Source: Candidatus Woesebacteria bacterium (GTDB lineage Bacteria > Patescibacteriota > Microgenomatia > UBA1400 > UBA1396). Taken from it: DNA of 64,000 nt. The notes beneath the pieces are model-generated. The model was not told where the DNA came from, did not search any database, and saw only the letters and a program-made list of their open reading frames with translations. The translations under genes and the position numbers were made by a program. The stretch spans positions 5,257 through 69,256 of the forward strand of contig JAJOJK010000001.1 in NCBI GenBank assembly GCA_021208605.1. Reading direction: 5' to 3'. Shown one piece after another: positions 20,704 to 30,244 of this stretch; position 1 is the stretch's first letter, and each line of letters begins with the position of its first letter.

Positions 20704-21774
20704 ATGAAATACGTTATTGCCCGACTCTTACTCTTATTTGTTATTGTGGTGAGTTCACTACTTCTCGTGGATACGCTGTATCGTCAGCAATATAATCTGG
20801 AGTATCCCAGCATGGGACCACTCTGGAAGCATCCACCGATTGTTGAACCGTACGAAATTGTCAAAGTGGGCAACTCCCATGCAGACGACGGGATTACCTT
20901 TGAGTTTTATAACTTGCGTGGACTCGAGTTGGCTGGTGTAGCCCAGCGCTTCCGGTTTGACCGCGTGCTTTTGCAACAGTACGAAAACCAAATTGCCGAT
21001 GATGCCATTATCTTGATCGATGTGTCACACATTTCATTCTCTCACCGCAAAGCCGATCAAAGCGATGGCATGCAGGGGAATTACTACGGCCGAGTGAGTC
21101 CTTTTTTGATTCCGGATCTCAAAGTGAGTGACTATTTGCAAACCACCGTGGCGCCATTTATTCGTTCTGGATACGCCTGGCGAAAAGCGTATTCCGACGA
21201 AGTGCGCGAACGCATCGCTGCCGAAGAAAAGTGGATTGACCCGCTCGAAGCCACGGCTTCGTCCGAGCCAAAAGAAATTCCCTTCAAAGAAACCAAAGAG
21301 TACTTCACATACGTGGACTCCATTGAGTACGAACTCGCCCACCCGCGCAAAATTCCGCGCGCCAGCTACGTGGACAACATGAATTTTATTTTCAACAAGT
21401 GGTATCACACCGAGGAGTTTGACCCGCAGTACTTTGCGTACAACCGCCGCGAGCTGGAAAAGTTGATAGCATACTGTTTGCGCCAAAACTGGCGACCGGT
21501 GCTCATTACTATTCCGGTAACTTCGATTTTGGAAGAAGGTTTACTCGATGACTACAAACAGATCTATCTCTACGACAACCTGGCCCAAACCGATACGCAA
21601 GGCGTGGAGTATATCGACTTCACCACGCGCACCGATTTCACTGACAACATGACCTTCTTCAGCAACGCCGACCACCTCAATGAACGCGGACGGATTGTGT
21701 TTAGCTACCTGCTGTTGCAGGAGTTGGTGGAGCGTGGGTATGTGGGTCCGGAGGTTGATGGATATCGCCAGTGA
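20704..21774 (+). CDS. DltD/AlgX-like SGNH-type partner of the MBOAT acyltransferase
   Basis: N-terminal TM anchor; immediately downstream of the MBOAT gene; C-terminal NADHLNERG motif as in DltD. Confidence 0.6.
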   Translation: MKYVIARLLLLFVIVVSSLLLVDTLYRQQYNLEYPSMGPLWKHPPIVEPYEIVKVGNSHADDGITFEFYNLRGLELAGVAQRFRFDRVLLQQYENQIADDAIILIDVSHISFSHRKADQSDGMQGNYYGRVSPFLIPDLKVSDYLQTTVAPFIRSGYAWRKAYSDEVRERIAAEEKWIDPLEATASSEPKEIPFKETKEYFTYVDSIEYELAHPRKIPRASYVDNMNFIFNKWYHTEEFDPQYFAYNRRELEKLIAYCLRQNWRPVLITIPVTSILEEGLLDDYKQIYLYDNLAQTDTQGVEYIDFTTRTDFTDNMTFFSNADHLNERGRIVFSYLLLQELVERGYVGPEVDGYRQ

Positions 21775-21815
21775 AGATACTATGTTATAGTGATGCAAAT
21801 GAAAAAAGGAGAGCA

Positions 21816-22358
21816 ATGGCATTGTTAGATAGTAAACATTACGATCAAGAGATGGCCAGGTTTACGGATACAGTGATCTCTAAAATCCCCGAAGAACACT
21901 GGGATGAAGAAGAATACCAAACACTTGTACAGAGCCTTCAATCTGGAAACACTGAAATAACTGGTAATCCTGATGGAATGTTACAAATACTGCAAAAGCG
22001 CCAGGAAACTAGCCAAAATATACAAAACATTCTTAAAGTCAAAGAAAAAGAAAAAGAGGCACTTCAGCGTTTACAGCTGGATATAGCAGCCGTAAATAAC
22101 TTCCTCTTTGACTTGATGACTTGTAAATCAAAGAGTGAATTTGATGAGAAATACCCAGCGGGAAGTGAAAATATGGCAGAGCTGGCGGCTCGTATGCAAG
22201 GTGCACGTGATTTTATTAACACACTTATTTCCAATGATATATTTCCAGAAATGGATTTAGGTGATCCTCAGGTGCAAATTCGACAGGTTTTAGCTAACAG
22301 CACTGCTTTGAGTCCATATAAAGATATCATTGAATCACAGATTTTTAATAATACATAA
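21816..22358 (+). CDS. Hypothetical protein (AT-rich orphan)
   Basis: AGGAG RBS 5 nt before the ATG; low-GC segment; no recognisable domain. Confidence 0.4.
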   Translation: MALLDSKHYDQEMARFTDTVISKIPEEHWDEEEYQTLVQSLQSGNTEITGNPDGMLQILQKRQETSQNIQNILKVKEKEKEALQRLQLDIAAVNNFLFDLMTCKSKSEFDEKYPAGSENMAELAARMQGARDFINTLISNDIFPEMDLGDPQVQIRQVLANSTALSPYKDIIESQIFNNT

Positions 22359-22384
22359 ATCGCTATTTAATTTAGTAATTTAAT

Positions 22385-22416
22385 AAAAAGAGGCTCATGG
22401 TATGAGCCTCTTTTTC
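22385..22416. terminator. Bidirectional intrinsic terminator between the orphan gene and typA
   Basis: aaaaagaggctcat-ggt-atgagcctcttttt hairpin flanked by an A-run and a T-run. Confidence 0.6.
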
Positions 22417-22436
22417 ATGTTCATGCATTTTTTTAC

Positions 22437-24248
22437 TTACTCGCCCTCACCCTGAGCCAGCTTACTCAAATGTCGCTTGCGCAAGCGCAAGTTCAAAGGC
22501 GTGACTTCCAGCAACTCGTCGGACTGAATAAAGTCGAGACACTGCTCGAGTGTCATGCGGCGTGGGGCCTTTAAGGTGGTCAGAATATCGGCGTTAGCGC
22601 TGCGGTGGTTGGTGAGGTTTTTAGCCTTGGTGGCGTTCATGTCGATGTCTTCTTGGCGGCGGTTCATGCCGATAATCATGCCTTCGTAGACGGCTTCACC
22701 AGGGCCAATGAAGGTTTCGCCGCGCTTCTCGATGGACTCGAGGGCGTAGCCGGTTGATTGGCCAGATTCGGTGGCAATGATGGCGCCGTTGCGGAACTGT
22801 TCGAGCGCTGGGGTGAGTGGGCGGTACTCCAAGAATTGCGAGTTAATGATGGCGGTACCGCGGGTGCGGGTGAGAAGCTCACTGCGCAGGCCGAGCAAGT
22901 TTTTACTCGCCACGTGGAAAGTCAAACGGGTCAACCCTGGGCGAGGTTGGGCGGTGTTGACCATGTCGGCGCGGCGACGGCCCATTTCTTCGACCACGGC
23001 TCCCATGTGCTCGGACTCGACTTCGATCGAGACTTCTTCGGCTGGCTCCATGGTGACACCGTCTTTTTCCAGCGTAATGACTTGCGGTTGGCCAACTTCG
23101 AGCTCGTAGCCTTCGCGGCGCAGGTTTTCGATCAGCACCGACAGATGCAACTCACCGCGACCGGCGACTAACCAGCCGTGACCGTCTGGATTCGTCTCGA
23201 TACGCAGACCAATGTTGGTTTGCTTTTCTTGTTCCAAGCGAGCTTCCAGCTGACGGGCGGTGTAGTACTCTCCTTCTTTAGCGGAGATTGGCGAGGTGTT
23301 CGGACCAATGTAGATCTTCATGGTTGGTTCACTGAGGCTAATGATGGGGTATCCAGTCGGATCCTGTGGATCGGCCAAAGTGTGCCCAATCTTGACAGGA
23401 TCAATACCCGTGAGGGCGACGATATCACCTGGCTGGGCTTCTTGCACCTCAACGCGCTCTAAACCTTGACTGGTAAAGACTTGTTGCACAGAGTGTTTGG
23501 AAATGACCTCGTTTTCGGCCAGTTGGACGAGCTGTTTGCCTGGTTTAACGGTTCCCTGAGTGACTTTACCAATGCTGTAGGTGCCTTTGTAGGAGTCAAA
23601 GTCGAGCGTGGAAACCAGCATTTTGAATGGCTTGTCGGATTCGACCTGCGGGGCGGGAATGTACTCAACAATCTTCTGGAACAATGGTTCTAAACTGCCC
23701 TCGGCGTTGAAGTCGCTGGGGAGTTCGTTCCAGACTTTTCCGTCGCGGGCGACGGCGTATAAAACTGGGAAGGCTAAGTCGCCTTCGTTTTCGGCCAGCT
23801 CGAGGAAGAGTTCTTCGGTTTCGTTGAGCACCTCTTCTGGGCGAGCGTCGCCACGGTCAATTTTGTTCAGGACCACGATAATGGAAAGTTTTTGCTTGAG
23901 CGCCTGGCGCAGCACAAACTTGGTTTGTGGCAGTGGACCTTCAGCGGCGTCCACAATCAATAAAGCGCCATCTGCCATGCTGATAACGCGTTCTACTTCA
24001 CCGCTAAAGTCAGCGTGTCCAGGTGTGTCGATAATGTTGATCTTGGTGTCACCGTACTGCACGGCAGTGTTTTTGGCCAAAATGGTGATACCGCGTTCGC
24101 GTTCGAGTTCGTTGCGGTCCAAGATAGTGGTCTGCTCCATTTCCGCTTGGTTGTCGCGGAAGGTATGGGTCTGTTTGAGCATGCCGTCCACAAGAGTTGT
24201 TTTACCGTGGTCGACGTGCGCGATAATAGCAATATTACGAATGTCCAT
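22437..24248 (-). CDS. typA: Translational GTPase TypA/BipA
   Basis: NIAIIAHVDHGKTTL, DTPGHADF and NKIDR G-motifs; about 600 aa. Confidence 0.9.
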   Translation of the reverse strand: MDIRNIAIIAHVDHGKTTLVDGMLKQTHTFRDNQAEMEQTTILDRNELERERGITILAKNTAVQYGDTKINIIDTPGHADFSGEVERVISMADGALLIVDAAEGPLPQTKFVLRQALKQKLSIIVVLNKIDRGDARPEEVLNETEELFLELAENEGDLAFPVLYAVARDGKVWNELPSDFNAEGSLEPLFQKIVEYIPAPQVESDKPFKMLVSTLDFDSYKGTYSIGKVTQGTVKPGKQLVQLAENEVISKHSVQQVFTSQGLERVEVQEAQPGDIVALTGIDPVKIGHTLADPQDPTGYPIISLSEPTMKIYIGPNTSPISAKEGEYYTARQLEARLEQEKQTNIGLRIETNPDGHGWLVAGRGELHLSVLIENLRREGYELEVGQPQVITLEKDGVTMEPAEEVSIEVESEHMGAVVEEMGRRRADMVNTAQPRPGLTRLTFHVASKNLLGLRSELLTRTRGTAIINSQFLEYRPLTPALEQFRNGAIIATESGQSTGYALESIEKRGETFIGPGEAVYEGMIIGMNRRQEDIDMNATKAKNLTNHRSANADILTTLKAPRRMTLEQCLDFIQSDELLEVTPLNLRLRKRHLSKLAQGEGE

Positions 24249-24529
24249 AGAAATCCTTATTTTTCTCTTTCCTCGCCAGAGTACCAGCGAGGCAGAGGCG
24301 AACAACCAATTATACCCTAAGACTGAGAATAAAACGAACGAGATACCAACTGTTGGTTGAGAGTGCTGAGCGAGGAGCCCTTAGAGCAGCTGAGTAATGA
24401 GGTGCACTTATGAATCAGCTAGTTCTTGCCATTTTTGTCTATTGGTTTCATACATCTCAATATGATCAGCAAGACCTTTATTATATTGTTTTACTTTTTT
24501 AGCTAAGGGGATGAAAGCATCAGCGGCTT

Positions 24530-24799
24530 TTAGGTATTTTTTGTATTTTCGCTTTTTTTCTGAGTAGCAGATTCTGGACTTCTTTCACCGTATTTTTCAA
24601 TGTAATCATTAGCTACTTCAATTGCTGCTAATGTATTTCCTAAATCCTGCCAAAATGAATGTGCTATAGCTTCCAAAAGTTTAGCATTTCCGTTTTCAGA
24701 CTCTATTACCGCCTCTAAGCTAGTAATTGAATTTTCTACTGATGCCACGACATCCCTAATAGGCTTAAAATGTGAATCCTGTAAAAATCCCTCAGACAT
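24530..24799 (-). CDS. Hypothetical small protein in an AT-rich islet (possibly frameshifted, longer product)
   Basis: ORF in an AT-rich 500-bp insert between typA and mltG; an alternative frame continues past the T7/A7 run at about 24533. Confidence 0.3.
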   Translation of the reverse strand: MSEGFLQDSHFKPIRDVVASVENSITSLEAVIESENGNAKLLEAIAHSFWQDLGNTLAAIEVANDYIEKYGERSPESATQKKSENTKNT

Positions 24800-24843
24800 A
24801 GTGCCTTTCTTTTCTAATCCACAGTATAGTGCATTACAAGATA

Positions 24844-25872
24844 TTAATACAGATAGTTCCAAATATTTTCCTGATGCCCCTCATACGTCTCGGCATAGTA
24901 CATTTTTCCGTCTGGTGCGTGCAGGTAGTAGAGTTCGTCTGACTCTAGCGGATTAGCGACGGCGGCAAGCGCATTCCGGCCTGGATTTGATATTGGTCCG
25001 GGCGGCAAGCCAGGATTTTGGTAGGTGTTGTAGGGAGAATCGATCTGCTTATCAGCCGCTAGCGGAGGCGCCCACCAGGTTTTGGCTTGGGGGTTGTAGC
25101 CTTTGGCGTACTGCAGCGTGGCGTCAACTTGCAGAGCCATGCCAATTTCCAGCCGATTCAAAAGAATGCCGGCTACGTGGCGCATTTGCTCCGGATCGCG
25201 GGCTTCTCTTTCCACGATGGAGGCAAGAATAACTGCCTCTTCATCGCTGAGGCCCGTATTGGCCGCGACCTGGTTGCGCAAATCCAAAGTAAAGACTTCA
25301 CCGTACTGCTCGCGCATGAGTTGGCACATCTGGGCGGTAGTGTATTCCGAAGGTACTAAATAGGTTTCGGGGAATAAAAAGCCTTCGTAAGCCAGACATT
25401 CAGTGGTGAAGCTGGGATTATTGGTGGAGAAATTGGGCAGTTCTTGTTCTAGATAGGCTCCAATTTCCGCGGCGCGGAGGCCTTCCTTGATCGTCACCCA
25501 CTGGTCATCGGAACCTTGTGTGAGGGTTTCGGCAATCTCTGCGGGCGTCATGCTGGGCGAAAGTGTGAATGATCCCGCCTGGATTTGGCCTGCTAAGTTG
25601 TTTTGCCAGATGGCAATTTTGAGAGCGAGCGGAGACTTGAGCAGGTTTCTCTCGGTCAGATCAGCCGCAACGAGGGAGGTGGCCCGTCCGCGCGGAATCA
25701 CAAAAGAGACAGTGCTTTCATTGCTGGGATCGACTGGTTGCAGTAACTGCATCAGATAGATCGCCATGGCGATAGCCCCAGCGCCGCCAATAACTGTGGC
25801 TGCGAGCAATCCACGCAGCATCCATTGGAGCGGTGTTGTTTTTTTCTTTTGGGGTATAAACGGTAGGCGCAT
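24844..25872 (-). CDS. mltG: Endolytic murein transglycosylase MltG (YceG-like)
   Basis: N-terminal TM anchor and the YceG-like catalytic region; TAATG overlap with ruvX. Confidence 0.8.
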   Translation of the reverse strand: MRLPFIPQKKKTTPLQWMLRGLLAATVIGGAGAIAMAIYLMQLLQPVDPSNESTVSFVIPRGRATSLVAADLTERNLLKSPLALKIAIWQNNLAGQIQAGSFTLSPSMTPAEIAETLTQGSDDQWVTIKEGLRAAEIGAYLEQELPNFSTNNPSFTTECLAYEGFLFPETYLVPSEYTTAQMCQLMREQYGEVFTLDLRNQVAANTGLSDEEAVILASIVEREARDPEQMRHVAGILLNRLEIGMALQVDATLQYAKGYNPQAKTWWAPPLAADKQIDSPYNTYQNPGLPPGPISNPGRNALAAVANPLESDELYYLHAPDGKMYYAETYEGHQENIWNYLY

Positions 25873-26264
25873 TACCACTCCTCGTCCAGGTATCTTTGTA
25901 GAATGACTGCCGCAGCATAGTGATCGATCGGACCACGGTGTTGGCGTTTTCCGATGCGGGTGCTGCGGAGTTTGGTGTCAACTTCTTTACTGGAAAGCGT
26001 TTCGTCCATCATGGCCAAAGGCAAACCTAGGGTTTCGGCAAGTTCCTGTGCAAACTGGCGGCTCTTCTCTGCCATCTCGTTTTCGCTCTGACCGACGACT
26101 AAGTGAGTGATTTTATATTCTAACGATATTTCCCGCAGTCGATCCCAGTGCGTGCCATCATTGGGCAAAACAATAAGTGGTTCGGCGAGCGTACCGTAAG
26201 AAACCGCCACGCCAATGCGGGCGTCACCATAATCAATACCGAGAAAGCGGGTGTCTGTGGACAT
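25872..26264 (-). CDS. ruvX: Holliday junction resolvase-like RuvX/YqgF
   Basis: FLGIDYGDARIGVAVS start and a C-terminal RNase H-like fold. Confidence 0.85.
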   Translation of the reverse strand: MSTDTRFLGIDYGDARIGVAVSYGTLAEPLIVLPNDGTHWDRLREISLEYKITHLVVGQSENEMAEKSRQFAQELAETLGLPLAMMDETLSSKEVDTKLRSTRIGKRQHRGPIDHYAAAVILQRYLDEEW

Positions 26265-26274
26265 GAGGCCTATT

Positions 26275-27273
26275 TTAGTTGATTTCTTCCAGTTGAGCGA
26301 GCACCACACCCCGGCGGAGATAGGTGCCTTCTGGTACACACGTGACTAACTTGAGCTGTTTGGCAGAGAATTCTTGTTCAAGAATGTAGGTATCTTCAGG
26401 TTTGACTTCAACTTTTTTCTTGACTGAATAGGTGTACCGAATGCCGTCGTACGTAATGTAAATTTTTTCTCCCTCAGACATGGTCATGATTTTGCTGAAG
26501 ATGGACATGTAGCGCCGGGGATTTTTTTCGCTGGGATTGTAGAACTGTCGCAACACGGAGTGGCCAAAAATAACCGGTGCGCCGAGTTCTCCTGGATCAG
26601 CCGTGCCTGGATACTGAATGAGATTATTGTCGAGGTTCGTGCCGCCGATCTTGACTTCGGCATTGTGGATGTCGAGAGAGGGAATTTCCACAATATAGGT
26701 CTTCTCTTCGGCTGCTTGCTTTTCTAAGGACGCTCCAGCCACTTCTGTTTCCGGGAACCAGTTGGAGAGATTCGTGTAATCAAGATTGTCACGAATAACT
26801 TTTGGATTGATTTCTGGCTCTGTGGCGGCTTGGGCGGTAGGGATGGTTTGTGTTTGCCGGAGAATCGGAACATCTGGCAAAGGAGAAACGAGTTTTTCCA
26901 CTCGTAGGTCTGGAGATACGAAGACGAAGTACGACAAAATTGGCCACGCGGCATTCGCAATTATGACGCTTCCAAGCGTGACAAAGATGGCGGGCATGAG
27001 GCGAAACAAGCGCTGTCCAGCAGTCTCTTTTTGCATCTTCCAGTGCTGACGCCGAGCAAAGTTAACGAGATTGCGTTTGTGGTAGCGCTGCAAGCGTTGG
27101 CGAAAGGCGTGTTCGCGCTGAGTAAGGGTCTCAATGTGAATGTGAACGCGAAACATGAGGTTGTCAGCATCGGTGGAGATTTCGGTGGTGATACTTTCCG
27201 AAGCATCATCGAGCCATTCCCAGAAACGCTGGAAGCGATGTTTCAGCCAGTCGAGTGGGTTGGCGTGGTTCAT
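26275..27273 (-). CDS. Sortase family transpeptidase with a long N-terminal membrane-anchored extension
   Basis: Catalytic triad context: GHSVL (His), LKLVTCVPEG (TLxTC Cys), downstream RRG (Arg). Confidence 0.7.
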   Translation of the reverse strand: MNHANPLDWLKHRFQRFWEWLDDASESITTEISTDADNLMFRVHIHIETLTQREHAFRQRLQRYHKRNLVNFARRQHWKMQKETAGQRLFRLMPAIFVTLGSVIIANAAWPILSYFVFVSPDLRVEKLVSPLPDVPILRQTQTIPTAQAATEPEINPKVIRDNLDYTNLSNWFPETEVAGASLEKQAAEEKTYIVEIPSLDIHNAEVKIGGTNLDNNLIQYPGTADPGELGAPVIFGHSVLRQFYNPSEKNPRRYMSIFSKIMTMSEGEKIYITYDGIRYTYSVKKKVEVKPEDTYILEQEFSAKQLKLVTCVPEGTYLRRGVVLAQLEEIN

Positions 27274-29666
27274 TGCGATTTGTCGATACGGATGTTTACA
27301 GGAATACGGTCAGTGTCTTTGGGAAGGCGATTGAAAAGCCATCCAATCCAAGTTGGTTTGGAAGTGATGGTAAATCGTTCAATGCGAGTGTCTCCAGAAA
27401 GAATCTGTTCAGCTCGCGAGGTGTAGGCACCGGCAATTTTTTCGAGGATTGCACTGGCTTGGACAGTTGGTACGCCTTGGCCAGAGATTTCAGCTTCTAG
27501 AGTGTAGACACCTTCGCCTCGGATCGCGACTGATTTGGGCTCTAGATCAACGCTTTCTGGGAGGAGCGTTTGGTCGGCTTGCACTTGGTCGGATAAGAGT
27601 TGTTGGGCAGTGGCTTGTAAATCATCTTCGGCAATGCGCAGTGCTTGGCCTTCGACAGTGACTTTGACAGTCACAAACTTCGCTTCTTCACCGACTTCCA
27701 CAGACGGCGCGATGTCGGTAATCTCAACTTCATCGGTGAAGAAGACATACTGACCGTCTTCGGCGCTGCCCTCGATTTTTTCGACGAGTTGTGTTTTCCC
27801 AGCTTCGCTGAGGCGGTCGGCTGTATCATCAATGTCAGCTTGAGAAACGGCTTGGATTTCTCGACTGCTTCCGCCACTGAAAGCTGCATCATTTTTAGCT
27901 TCATATGAAGAGGAATCAAAGTTTGCGACGGTGAACGTTGTGTCTTCGCCGAGATTGCCTTCGGGACCAATATCGACCGCTGTGACGCCCACTTCACCAG
28001 TTCCAAACGAAATGGTTCGCGATTCGTCATTTTCTTGTGAGGAGGCTGAGGCGATCGTAATATCTTCATCGAGGGTAAAGGTGAGGCTGTTCGCGGTTAT
28101 TTGCGTGCCAGCGGGAAAACTTTTCTCCTGCGCTGTTTTATTGATCATTTTGACGCGACCGGTAGCCGGATCGCCGATGACCTTGCTGCCCGTGGTGGGT
28201 ACTTCTTCCTCCAGGGTGACACTTTCGGTAAAGGTAGTGGCTTGTAGAGCGGATTCACTCGCACTACTGACATTTTCTCCGACTACAAATGTATCAGTCA
28301 GCGAGAGCTCTTGTGTATTGAGCCAGATATCGACTTGTGTTTGGTAGCTTTGCGACAGCGCGAAGTAGCCACCGCCCAGTGTGAGCAGAAGTACAACAAT
28401 TATTCCGGCAGCAACCAGGGTAAGCGGTTTGCCTTTGAATGCCTTTCCTAGACCGGAAAATGTTTTTGGAAGGCGTGAGAATTGGGTGAGTAAACCGGTA
28501 GTTAATCCGGCGAGTGACGATTTTTTTGGAGAGGAGTCGTTGGGAGTTGCGGAATCGAGTCCGTCGACGGCGGTATGCGGCGTGGCAGCAGAGATTTCTG
28601 GATCGTCGTAGTGATGCATGTTGATTTGTGGGCCAGCTTGCTGGCCGACGGTATTGGACCCCTGAGAATTCGGGCTGAAATTTGGTTCACTGAAAGTATC
28701 GGTTGCGGTGGATTCTGGCTCTCCTGCGTCGGCTTCTGGATCCTGGGTGAGTCCAGTGTTTTTGGCAAATGACGGCGGAGCAAACCCGGCTGGAGGCGCA
28801 TTGAGCAGTGGTGCGTCTTCTCCACTCGTGCCTGGTGGGAGCACGACGTTGCTGGTTTCTTCGGCGGCTGGTGTGACAGGGGTGGTAGGTGTGGTCGCGC
28901 TGGCGAGGTGGGATGAATCGGCACTCGATGCTTCGGTACTAGATGTGTTGGTGTCTTTTGGATGCGTTGTGTCTTCTCCGGCAGAGAGCACTTCAAAACC
29001 ACCGGTGGTGATGGCATTTTCAGAAATATTTTGTGCGGAAAGTGTTTCGATTGAGGTACTGAATGTTGTGTGCAGTGCGTCTTCGACTTCGCTTGTGCTG
29101 CGATTATTGGGACTGAGGACGATGATTCGCTGTGGTGAAGTAATACCACTCGCTGTGAGGCGAGCTTGTAGTTCGACGATATCTTGCTGTATATCACCAC
29201 TCTTGCCGATCCGTTCGACTTGTTTTTCGGCGCCATCTTGGTATACAGAAATATCAAGGTATTGTGGTGTATCGCTGATCAGAAGTCCGGAGAAGTTAAC
29301 GCCGTGCTGGGCGCTTTGTTGTGCGGCTACGGTGTCGGTGAGTACAACGAAACCAAGAGGATCGAGTACTAAATCTTGCGACAGGCTTTTGAGAAAGCGC
29401 TTACGACCTTCGATTAAGTCATTTTCTTTGACCCAGTGGTGCGGCAAGATGTAGAGCACATTTTTGAGGGTGAGCCCGGCCTCGCCGAGATTGTCGAGGG
29501 CTTTGTCGACGGCGTCGTTGTAGGCCAAATCTTCGTCCTGTTGCAGGTCGATTATTGGGGAGTGATTGAGGATGGTTACTTTTGAGTCGACGAGCTGCCA
29601 AATAGCGGCGCTCACCCACTCATCACTCAGGACTAAGGCTAAATATTGTTGGGCAGATTGAGCCAT
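27270..29666 (-). CDS. Large hypothetical membrane-anchored surface protein (cytoplasmic N-domain, Ser/Thr/Pro-rich linker, TM, 330-aa extracellular C-domain)
   Basis: 798-aa ORF overlapping the sortase stop; single TM LTLVAAGIIVVLLLTLGGGYFAL; low-complexity PTTPVTPAAEETS linker. Confidence 0.55.
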   Translation of the reverse strand: MAQSAQQYLALVLSDEWVSAAIWQLVDSKVTILNHSPIIDLQQDEDLAYNDAVDKALDNLGEAGLTLKNVLYILPHHWVKENDLIEGRKRFLKSLSQDLVLDPLGFVVLTDTVAAQQSAQHGVNFSGLLISDTPQYLDISVYQDGAEKQVERIGKSGDIQQDIVELQARLTASGITSPQRIIVLSPNNRSTSEVEDALHTTFSTSIETLSAQNISENAITTGGFEVLSAGEDTTHPKDTNTSSTEASSADSSHLASATTPTTPVTPAAEETSNVVLPPGTSGEDAPLLNAPPAGFAPPSFAKNTGLTQDPEADAGEPESTATDTFSEPNFSPNSQGSNTVGQQAGPQINMHHYDDPEISAATPHTAVDGLDSATPNDSSPKKSSLAGLTTGLLTQFSRLPKTFSGLGKAFKGKPLTLVAAGIIVVLLLTLGGGYFALSQSYQTQVDIWLNTQELSLTDTFVVGENVSSASESALQATTFTESVTLEEEVPTTGSKVIGDPATGRVKMINKTAQEKSFPAGTQITANSLTFTLDEDITIASASSQENDESRTISFGTGEVGVTAVDIGPEGNLGEDTTFTVANFDSSSYEAKNDAAFSGGSSREIQAVSQADIDDTADRLSEAGKTQLVEKIEGSAEDGQYVFFTDEVEITDIAPSVEVGEEAKFVTVKVTVEGQALRIAEDDLQATAQQLLSDQVQADQTLLPESVDLEPKSVAIRGEGVYTLEAEISGQGVPTVQASAILEKIAGAYTSRAEQILSGDTRIERFTITSKPTWIGWLFNRLPKDTDRIPVNIRIDKSQ

Positions 29667-29712
29667 ACTTACTTATTTAAGCAGGAATTGGAGCGCTTGT
29701 CAGCCACTAGGT

Positions 29713-30241
29713 ATCGGGAGACACCCCTAGGCCTGTAATAATTTTGTTCATTTCATTTGTTTATATGTTTACATATGCCAGCAATTAACGCTCTCAAACA
29801 ATATCGGCCGAACACTATTTACCACGTTTATAACCGCGGTGTGAACAAACAAGACGTTTTTTTCTCTGAAAGAGACTATATGGTTTTTCGAAACTTGGCT
29901 CGGACGACACAGTACGAAATGGCAAAAACTGGATCGCAAATTGAGGTGTTCGCTTTTGCTCTTTTACCAAATCACTTCCATTTTATTCTTTGGCAGTACT
30001 ATGAACGCGACATGGTGCATTTTATGCGATCTTTGACGTTGAAATATGTGAAGTACGTAAATGAAGAGTATGAGCGAGTGGGAAATTTATTTATGAGACC
30101 GTATAAAGCTCGACTACTTTACACCCCAGTGCAAGTCGCAAAAGCCACGAGATATGTTTTGCAAAATCCGGTAGATGCAAACTTGCCTGCCGATTGGAAG
30201 CATGTGGGAACAAAGTTATAGGCCTAGGGGTGTCTCCCGAT
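29713..30241 (+). mobile_element. IS200/IS605-RAYT-like element: HUH Y1 transposase flanked by perfect 21-bp inverted repeats
   Basis: ATCGGGAGACACCCCTAGGCC at about 29713-29733 and its exact reverse complement GGCCTAGGGGTGTCTCCCGAT at about 30221-30241. Confidence 0.7.
29775..30221 (+). CDS. tnpA: IS200-like/REP-associated tyrosine (Y1, HUH) transposase
   Basis: HUH motif NHFHFIL, catalytic Tyr context RYVLQ, YHVYNRG N-terminus; about 148 aa. Confidence 0.75.
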   Translation: MPAINALKQYRPNTIYHVYNRGVNKQDVFFSERDYMVFRNLARTTQYEMAKTGSQIEVFAFALLPNHFHFILWQYYERDMVHFMRSLTLKYVKYVNEEYERVGNLFMRPYKARLLYTPVQVAKATRYVLQNPVDANLPADWKHVGTKL

Positions 30242-30244
30242 TCC

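Noticed and set aside
22676-24360. Numerous 60-250-aa ORFs inside and antisense to typA (also within htrA, ctpA, alaS, the surface protein, and other long genes)
   Set aside because: They are shadow ORFs inside long, well-supported genes. The surface-protein gene in particular yields Pro/Ser/Thr-rich antisense artifacts.
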